This document shows positions 41,959-48,404 of a stretch of 48,404 bases of DNA, in pieces; within the stretch, counting starts at the first letter, position 1; each line of letters begins with the position of its first letter. The DNA lies in IMG/VR virus record IMGVR_UViG_3300014208_000012, positions 1 through 48,404 of that record; one strand, written 5' to 3'. Source of the stretch: a virus (taxonomy: Duplodnaviria; Caudoviricetes). The notes below the pieces were generated by a model. That model ran no database searches, was not told the DNA's origin, and saw only the letters and a program-made list of their open reading frames with translations. Both the position numbers and the translations under genes were made by a program.

Positions 41959-42297
41959 ATGAGCCGAGCAACCGTAGCTGTGCAAGAGCTCTCCCGGGCC
42001 GGGATTACCCCGACCTACAACGCCGGGACCGTCACCGACGGCGACGGCTTTACCAACGACGGCGTGACGTTTATCCACGTGCTCAATACCGGCGGTTCCA
42101 CAACGCTGACCATCCAGACCCCGGGTACGGTGGACGGGCTGGCCATCACCGACCGCACGGTCACCATCCCGGCCACGACCGGCACCAAGCTGATCGGGCC
42201 GTTCCCGGTCGACAAGTACAACCAGAGTGACGGCAAGGTCTACCTGGACTGGTCGCAGGTGACCGGTATCACCTTCGCCGTGGTCCGGATGCCGTAA
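41959..42297 (+). CDS. Virion protein, paralog of 40776-41111
   Basis: Same shared motifs as its paralog. Confidence 0.75.
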   Translation: MSRATVAVQELSRAGITPTYNAGTVTDGDGFTNDGVTFIHVLNTGGSTTLTIQTPGTVDGLAITDRTVTIPATTGTKLIGPFPVDKYNQSDGKVYLDWSQVTGITFAVVRMP

Positions 42298-42334
42298 TGC
42301 GCCGGCGCCGGCGTGGGCCGCAAGCGAGGTCGCG

Positions 42335-42760
42335 ATGCCTGACGAGTTCGAGATCGACTGGTACACCGAGGACCTGGTCTTGGTCCTCGACGAGGCGACC
42401 GACGATATCGTGACCCGCCTGGTGATCCAGGGTGTAGCCTACGCTAAGGTCAATATCCAGGCGGACGGCCTGATCGACACCGGCTTTATGCTCAACGCGG
42501 TCTATGCGCTCACGCCCAAGGGGGCGGAGGGATCACCGCAGGGCGACGGCTACTACACGAACAAAGAGGGCCAGCGGGTCTACCGCGCGGCCGCCGGCGC
42601 GCCCGGGATCGAGCCGCACGCGGGGGCGATCCACGCCGCGGCGAACTATACGATCTACCAAGAGATGAAGCACAACTTCCTGTACCGGGCCCTGGACCAG
42701 CTGCGCTCGATCGCCCCCGGGGTGATCGAGACGGTCGGGCGGGAGAGGTTCAATGCTTGA
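42335..42760 (+). CDS. HK97 gp10-like neck protein
   Basis: IDTGFMLNA...ANYTIYQE..FLYRAL. Confidence 0.65.
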   Translation: MPDEFEIDWYTEDLVLVLDEATDDIVTRLVIQGVAYAKVNIQADGLIDTGFMLNAVYALTPKGAEGSPQGDGYYTNKEGQRVYRAAAGAPGIEPHAGAIHAAANYTIYQEMKHNFLYRALDQLRSIAPGVIETVGRERFNA

Positions 42761-43172
42761 CGCCCACAAGGTCATCCGTGACAACCTGCTGGCCATCGGG
42801 CCACTCTATGCCCTCACGGCCGGCCGCATCTACGGCGGCCGCGACGAGCCGCCGCCCGGGTGGAAGCCGGCTGACGGCGACTGCCTTTGCTTTAAGGTGC
42901 GCGGCGGGCCGGGTCCGGATTACGACGACGCCCTGCTCACCGTCTCGATCCAGTGCAAGTACTACCCCGGTGTGATGAAAAGCGCGGCCGGGGCGGAGGC
43001 CAGGGCCTGGGCCGGATACCGCGCCCTCTACACCGGCCTGCACAACCTGGCCTCGGGCACGATCCTGAACGCCCAAAGCGAGGTCGTCGGCCAGATCCTG
43101 GAGCAGCCGGAAACCGGCTGGCTCTACGTGTTGGCCCATTTCATCGCCATGATTCGGCAATCGGAGGAATAA
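42753..43172 (+). CDS. Tail terminator/completion protein
   Basis: LTAGRIY motif; directly before the tail tube gene. Confidence 0.65.
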   Translation: MLDAHKVIRDNLLAIGPLYALTAGRIYGGRDEPPPGWKPADGDCLCFKVRGGPGPDYDDALLTVSIQCKYYPGVMKSAAGAEARAWAGYRALYTGLHNLASGTILNAQSEVVGQILEQPETGWLYVLAHFIAMIRQSEE

Positions 43173-43173
43173 C

Positions 43174-43788
43174 ATGTCCAATCCAGTTGTAGCGCAAGTG
43201 CTTAAATCCGGCGCGATTCTCTACCAGGCGCCCGTCGGCGAAACCCCGCCGGCCATCACCACCGTCGCCTATGGCGGCGCCTGGGGCGGGAACTGGACGC
43301 GCGTCGGGTTCACCAAAGCACCCCTGTCCATTCTCTACGAGGACGAGCAGTTCGACGTCGAGGTCGAGGAGCATCTCGGCCCGATCAACCGCTGGCGGAT
43401 CAAAGAGGACGCAACATTGGAGACCGTCCTGGCCGAGCTGACGGCGACCTATCTGCAGCTGGCCGCGTCGGAAGCCTACGGCGTCACCACCGGGGCCGCC
43501 GGCATCGGCGTCGCCGGGTACGAGCAGACCGGCCTGGGCGATACCTCCGCCCTGGCCCAGCACGCCTGGGGCTTCGAGGGTCTCTACGTCGACGGCTCGG
43601 GCAACAGCCTGCCGGTCCGGCTCTTCGTGTGGAAGGGCACGGCTCGCTTCAACGGCGCGCTCGAGTTCTCCAAGAAGAGCGGCGACTACGTCGGGATCCC
43701 GCTGCAGATCAAGGCGCTCATGGACACGACTCAGACCGCCGGCGAGCGGCTGCTGCGCTTCCAGCGCGCGACCGCCCCGGCCACGTAA
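43174..43788 (+). CDS. Major tail (tube) protein
   Basis: W..VGFT motif, size and synteny. Confidence 0.8.
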   Translation: MSNPVVAQVLKSGAILYQAPVGETPPAITTVAYGGAWGGNWTRVGFTKAPLSILYEDEQFDVEVEEHLGPINRWRIKEDATLETVLAELTATYLQLAASEAYGVTTGAAGIGVAGYEQTGLGDTSALAQHAWGFEGLYVDGSGNSLPVRLFVWKGTARFNGALEFSKKSGDYVGIPLQIKALMDTTQTAGERLLRFQRATAPAT

Positions 43789-43797
43789 GGAGCGCCG

Positions 43798-44088
43798 ATG
43801 CGCACGATCAAGATCACACTCGACGGCCAGGAATGCGAGGTCCAGGAGCGCCGGGCCCAGGAAAACGCGGCCTGGCGCCAGAAGCTCAACTTGCCCGACA
43901 CCGTCGAAAGCCGCGTCGAGCTGCTCGTGGACTACGCGCCGGACCTGGCCGCGCCCCTGGAAAACGCCTATGACAGCGAGATCGTCGAGGCGTTCAAGGA
44001 GGTGCTGCGCTTGGCTGACCCTTTAGCGCAAGGGGCTGGCCCGCGGCAGCCGCCGACTACGCCGAGCTCGCCGCTCTCTACGGAGTAG
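43798..44088 (+). CDS. Tail assembly chaperone (gpG-like)
   Basis: Between tube and tape measure; carries a slippery site. Confidence 0.75.
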   Translation: MRTIKITLDGQECEVQERRAQENAAWRQKLNLPDTVESRVELLVDYAPDLAAPLENAYDSEIVEAFKEVLRLADPLAQGAGPRQPPTTPSSPLSTE

Positions 44089-44342
44089 ACGAGCAAGACG
44101 AGCTGCTGCCCGACCTGGCGCGCGCGCGCCGGCGGCGCCTACGGGCGGAGGCGGATCTCCTGGCCCGGCCGCTGGCCCGGGCCATTGTCCAGGCCCTGGT
44201 TGCCGCGGGCCAGGAGATCGCCCGGGCGGAGCCGGGGTCCGGGGAGCGGGCCAGTCCTGGCGGCCGGCGCTACCGGGAACTGAGCGCTGACGCGCTGCTG
44301 GCCCATATGGGGGTGAGGATCCATGCCGATCACGTTGGGTGA
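43798..44342 (+). CDS. Tail assembly chaperone long form (gpGT-like) via -1 frameshift at 44019-44025
   Basis: In-frame C CCT TTA slippery heptamer; -1 frame open to TGA 44340-44342. Confidence 0.7.
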
Positions 44343-45735
44343 TGCCCTAATCTACATCCGGGGCGACAACGACCCGGTGAAGAAATCAATTGCCGAGGCC
44401 CAGGCGGCCGTAGAAAGCGGCGCGTCGTCCATCGCCGACAACGTCAGCGGGGCAATGGACAAGGGGATGTCGTCTATCTCCGACTCGGTCGGCGAAGCCG
44501 CCGACGAGGTCAAGGAGGGGATGGACGACATCGGCCAAAGCGCCCAGGACGCGGGCGGAAAGGCCGACAAGGCCGGCGGGCAGCTGAAGAAGATGCTTTC
44601 GGTGGGCGCTATCCTCATGATCGCGCGCACCGGCGTGCGGCTGCTCAGCGAGTCGATCACGCGCATGGCCGCCGACGGCAACCCGGCCGCCCAGTCCCTG
44701 GCCGATAGCGTGGCCCACATCAAGGAAAACGCCGCGGAAGCCGGGGACGCGCTGCTCACCAAGCTGCTGCCGGCCATGAACACGGTGGCCGGCAACGCGG
44801 AAACCGTCAGCGAAGGACTGACCACGTTCTCCGCGGGCGATTGGTGGAACGTCATCACCGGCAACACCGGCGCGGTGGTGGAGTCCCAGGTCCAGGCGCA
44901 GCGGGACATCCAGTCAGCGCATGACGGCATCCAGAGCGGCCTGAACGCGACCCGCGATCGCTACAATGCCATGGCCGAGGCAGCCGGGCTCACGATTCAG
45001 CCCGTCGCGGCGATGGACAATGCCTTGTCCCTGGCTGGGCGCAACGCCGTCCTCACCGCGCAGCAGATGCAAGGCGTCGTCGCCGCGCAGTGGGCGGAGG
45101 TGGAAGCGGCCAACCAGCTGGCCCTGGCCACGGCCTCTGCCGACATCGGGATCTACCTGGCCGGCCAGGCCATCGACACAGCCCTGGCCGAGAACGCCCC
45201 TCTGACGGTCGAGCAGTTCAACAGCCTGGCTGCGGCGTTGTACAGCAGTACCCAAAATGCGCAGGAGCTGGGAGAGCAGCTGCCGGAAGAAGCGCTGCAG
45301 CGGGCCCGGGAAAAAGCCAACAATTTGCGCGATGCCCTGGGGCTAATGAACGTCCCTCCCGACGTGGCCGCGCAGCTGCTGAACATCCTGGGGCAAATCG
45401 AGAGCAACCTCAACGATATCGGCGCCGCGGCGGACTACGTCAACGGCCGGCTCGGCGGGATGCCAGTCCCCGGAGGCGGAGCGCCGGGTCCCGGCGGCAA
45501 TGAGAATGTGCCCATGGCGGAAGGCGGCAAGATCACCGAGCCGATCTTCGGGAGAGGACTGCGGTCCGGCCGAGGATACACGATCGGCGAGGCCGGCCCG
45601 GAGTGGGTGGTGCCGCAAGACAAGATGGGTAACACTACCAACAATTACTTCAACTTGACCATCCACAGCCAGGCCACGACCGAGCAGGTCGCCGGCGACT
45701 TTGCCATTCTGGAAGCGCTGGCGGCGGGAGGGTAG
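44323..45735 (+). CDS. Tape measure protein (short, 470 aa)
   Basis: LGDALIYIRGD start, Ala-rich helices, MAEGG..IGEAGPEWVVP C-terminal motif. Confidence 0.85.
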   Translation: MPITLGDALIYIRGDNDPVKKSIAEAQAAVESGASSIADNVSGAMDKGMSSISDSVGEAADEVKEGMDDIGQSAQDAGGKADKAGGQLKKMLSVGAILMIARTGVRLLSESITRMAADGNPAAQSLADSVAHIKENAAEAGDALLTKLLPAMNTVAGNAETVSEGLTTFSAGDWWNVITGNTGAVVESQVQAQRDIQSAHDGIQSGLNATRDRYNAMAEAAGLTIQPVAAMDNALSLAGRNAVLTAQQMQGVVAAQWAEVEAANQLALATASADIGIYLAGQAIDTALAENAPLTVEQFNSLAAALYSSTQNAQELGEQLPEEALQRAREKANNLRDALGLMNVPPDVAAQLLNILGQIESNLNDIGAAADYVNGRLGGMPVPGGGAPGPGGNENVPMAEGGKITEPIFGRGLRSGRGYTIGEAGPEWVVPQDKMGNTTNNYFNLTIHSQATTEQVAGDFAILEALAAGG

Positions 45736-45740
45736 GCACA

Positions 45741-48218
45741 ATGACGGCGGGAGCCATTTCCCTGATCGTTCCCGAGGCGACGATCAACTATAGTCCCAAT
45801 CCCAGCATGGAGATCAACTTTACCTCCAATTTCTCCACCATGGGCGCGGGCACCGCCCTGGCGCGTGTCGTCGGCAGCGCCCGGCGGGGCATTGCCAGCG
45901 GCCGGATAACGCCCGGCGCGGCCACGAATGCCGGGGTGATCCACACGGCCATCGGCGCCGGCAGCGCGGGGGTAGCGGCAACCGTCTCCGTCGATTTCAA
46001 GGGGGAGACCGGCATCCCGTATCAGCTCTACTTTTCCGACGCGGCCGGGGTCCTCAAAGCGGGCTGCACGGCGACGACCTTCACCGGGGATGGGGCCTGG
46101 CACCGCTACGAGTGCTCCTGGACCGCCGACGGGGCCGACCTGTACGTGACGGTTGATAAGAACAACAGCGCCTCGGTCGCCGTCTTCTACATCGACGGCC
46201 TGCAGATCGAGCGAAAAGCATACTCGACCACCTACTGCGACGGCGATCGCCCGGGCTGCAAGTGGAACGGCGTACCGGGGTCCTCGGCCTCGACGCGGTC
46301 GGCGCAAAGCCGCGCCGGCGGGCGGGTCTACTCCCTCTCCGGTTGGAGCATCACGGTCAATAAGAAGCAGGGCCTGGGCATGCCGCCACTGGCCCTAAAC
46401 AGCCGCCCCTATGCCCTCCTGCCCGGGGGTGAGCTGACCGGCGTCCACGTCGAGCCGCGGGTAATCCAGCTGGCCTGCACGGTGCACGGCAACGCCGACA
46501 CCGTCGTCAACGCGGGCCGGCAGTATCTGATCGACTACCTGGCCCCCGACGGCGTGGCCACGCTGCAGCCGGTCATTTTGCGCTACACCGGCGAGTCGTT
46601 CGAGCTGGACATTGCCTGCGTCTACGAGGCTGGCCTCGAGCGCAGCGTGACCCGCTCTTCGGGCGAGTCGTTCATCCTGCGCCTGATCTCCTTTGACCCG
46701 TTCTGGTACACCGAGTGGGAGGACAGCGCGGCCCTGGACAGCAACGACACGGCGACGCTGCGCTACGTCTGTGGACGCCTGGCCTCGACGGGCCAGTGGT
46801 CGGCCCTGGGCTTGACGGCCAATCCGACCTCGGACGGCGACGTCAACGCGCTGCTGATCACGCCGGACGGGACGCTCATTGTCGGCGGCAACTTTCACGG
46901 CTTCAACGGCCAGGCCAACTGGGATTTCTGCGTCAAGCGCGACCCGGACGGGACGTGGGGCCCGGTCGGCACGGCCGGGGATTTCAACCAGACGGTGCGG
47001 GCCCTGGCGATGAGCCCCGACCCCAACGTCGTCTACATCGGCGGCGGGTTCACCAACGCCGCCGGCGCGGCCACGGCCGACTATATCTGCACCTATACGA
47101 TCTCCTCCAATACTGTCGCCGCCCTCTCCGGGGGCGGAACCGGATCGGTCCTGGCCCTCGCCGTCGCGCCGAACGGCGACGTGTACATCGGCGGGGTCTT
47201 TGCCAACTGGGATGGGCTGGGGGCGGGCGTTGGAGACAACGTCGTCGTCTACGATCTCTCGGCGGGAGACTATGCCCTGGTAGCCAACGGGCTCAACAGC
47301 ACCGTAAATGCCCTGGCCATCCGCAAGAGCGACGGGATCCTCTACGCCGGGGGATCCTTCACCGCCGACGGCGCCGCGGCCGGGACCTATCGCAAGATCG
47401 CCTACTACAACGGCACGGCCTGGACGGAAATCGGGGGCGGATTGGACGATACCGTGCAGGCCCTCACCCTGGACGAGCTCAGCGACCTCTATGCCACGGG
47501 AGCCTTTCACGGCACAGCCGACAGCGCGATTACGGGCCTGGCCCACATCGCCATGTTCGACGGCACGGCCTGGCAGCCGCTGGGAGACGGGCTGCAGGCG
47601 GCCGGGTACCACCTCGAGCTGGCGCCCAACGGCGAGCTCTACGTCGGCGGAGTTTTTACCACGGCCGGGGGACTGGCCGTCGCCGACCGCGTCGCGCGCT
47701 GGACCGGCTACAGCTGGGCGCTGCTGGACGTGGACCTGCCCGGGTCGCCGGTTGTCTACGCCCTGGCCGCGGGCGCCCCGGATCCGGTCATCACGGATAA
47801 CTTTGATCTATTCTTGGGCTTCGACTCCACCGGAGCCGGCTACTTTGCCGGCGCGGCCACGGTGACCAACAGCGGTAAGGCGGCGGCCTGGCCGTACTTC
47901 CGGATCAAGCGCAGCGGGGGCACGACGGCCACGCTGCAGAGCATCAAAAACGAGACCACCGGGAAAGAGCTGCTATTCAACCTGGACCTCCTGGACGGCG
48001 AGACGATCACCGTGGACCTGCGCCCCGGGCGGCGGGCCGTGCGCTCCGACTTTCGCGGCAACCTGCTCGGCGAGCGGCTCTCGGGCTCGGACTTTACCAG
48101 CTTCAACCTCCTGCGCGGGGCCAACACGCTGACTTGCTTTATCTCCACCGCGGGCGCCCCCACGGTCGAGGCCGCTTGCGGCTGGCAGAATACCTATTGG
48201 AGCATCGACGAGGCGTAA
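45741..48218 (+). CDS. Evolved distal tail (Dit) protein with N-terminal CBM-like domain and inserted beta-propeller
   Basis: NPSME..IDGLQIE CBM-like region, DPFWY and N.G...AWP Dit halves flanking (L/V)Y.GG.F propeller repeats, L..GAN.L end. Confidence 0.75.
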   Translation: MTAGAISLIVPEATINYSPNPSMEINFTSNFSTMGAGTALARVVGSARRGIASGRITPGAATNAGVIHTAIGAGSAGVAATVSVDFKGETGIPYQLYFSDAAGVLKAGCTATTFTGDGAWHRYECSWTADGADLYVTVDKNNSASVAVFYIDGLQIERKAYSTTYCDGDRPGCKWNGVPGSSASTRSAQSRAGGRVYSLSGWSITVNKKQGLGMPPLALNSRPYALLPGGELTGVHVEPRVIQLACTVHGNADTVVNAGRQYLIDYLAPDGVATLQPVILRYTGESFELDIACVYEAGLERSVTRSSGESFILRLISFDPFWYTEWEDSAALDSNDTATLRYVCGRLASTGQWSALGLTANPTSDGDVNALLITPDGTLIVGGNFHGFNGQANWDFCVKRDPDGTWGPVGTAGDFNQTVRALAMSPDPNVVYIGGGFTNAAGAATADYICTYTISSNTVAALSGGGTGSVLALAVAPNGDVYIGGVFANWDGLGAGVGDNVVVYDLSAGDYALVANGLNSTVNALAIRKSDGILYAGGSFTADGAAAGTYRKIAYYNGTAWTEIGGGLDDTVQALTLDELSDLYATGAFHGTADSAITGLAHIAMFDGTAWQPLGDGLQAAGYHLELAPNGELYVGGVFTTAGGLAVADRVARWTGYSWALLDVDLPGSPVVYALAAGAPDPVITDNFDLFLGFDSTGAGYFAGAATVTNSGKAAAWPYFRIKRSGGTTATLQSIKNETTGKELLFNLDLLDGETITVDLRPGRRAVRSDFRGNLLGERLSGSDFTSFNLLRGANTLTCFISTAGAPTVEAACGWQNTYWSIDEA

Positions 48219-48225
48219 CCATACC

Positions 48226-48404
48226 ATGGCCTGGCAAATTGACGTGGTCAGCTCCCAAGGCGCAACACTGGAAACGCTCGACACCTGCGGCGGCTTTTCC
48301 CTGGTGCGGACCCTCAACGCCGTGGGCTCGTTCACCCTACGCCACGGCCTGGACCGTTCCCTGCTCGTTCCCGACCACCGCTTTCTGTTCAAGCGCGACA
48401 AGAG
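48226..48404 (+). CDS. 5' part of the Gp37-like tail protein (continues at 1..1024)
   Basis: ATG GCC TGG CAA... reads in frame into the terminal repeat. Confidence 0.8.
   Translation, partial: MAWQIDVVSSQGATLETLDTCGGFSLVRTLNAVGSFTLRHGLDRSLLVPDHRFLFKRDK
48282..48404. repeat. Terminal direct repeat (copy of 1-123)
   Basis: Exact match to the window start. Confidence 0.97.

Noticed and set aside
48282-48404. Terminal repeat as biological DTR or att site
   Set aside because: It falls mid-gene and is an exact end overlap; most simply an assembler circularisation artefact
1-48404. CRISPR array, IS element or stop-codon reassignment
   Set aside because: No spaced repeats or transposase seen; TAA, TAG and TGA all end well-supported genes

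Overview
The window is an apparently complete, circularly assembled temperate siphovirus-like phage genome of about 48,281 bp. Bases 1-123 recur exactly at 48282-48404, and a tail gene reads through that junction. Layout: (i) a long leftward early operon (22580 to 2295) with an RHH Cro-like gene, HNH-AP2, a phiC31 gp3-like protein, a Gam/Gp157-like gene, a tRNA(CAT) inside a structured non-coding block, a replication initiator with iterons, DnaB, an SNF2-methyltransferase fusion, XF1762/Mom-like and PAPS-reductase-like genes, a stand-alone NrdD glycyl-radical peptide, many tiny membrane proteins and, last, a large serine integrase; (ii) a rightward immunity unit (leaderless XRE repressor plus two membrane proteins); (iii) an accessory block with an MTase-Mrr-like fusion and a small leftward operon with a palindrome in its promoter, resembling an acr-aca locus; (iv) a late operon behind a promoter-leader-terminator switch, with holins, metallophosphoesterase, lysin, terminase, portal, head, decoration, neck, tail, short tape measure, evolved Dit, Gp37-like protein and a clan GH-A hydrolase. 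A C-terminal YLPVIVK motif and the NrdD peptide suggest an anaerobic Chloroflexota host (inference). All product calls come from motif recognition by eye; no database searches or folding programs were run.
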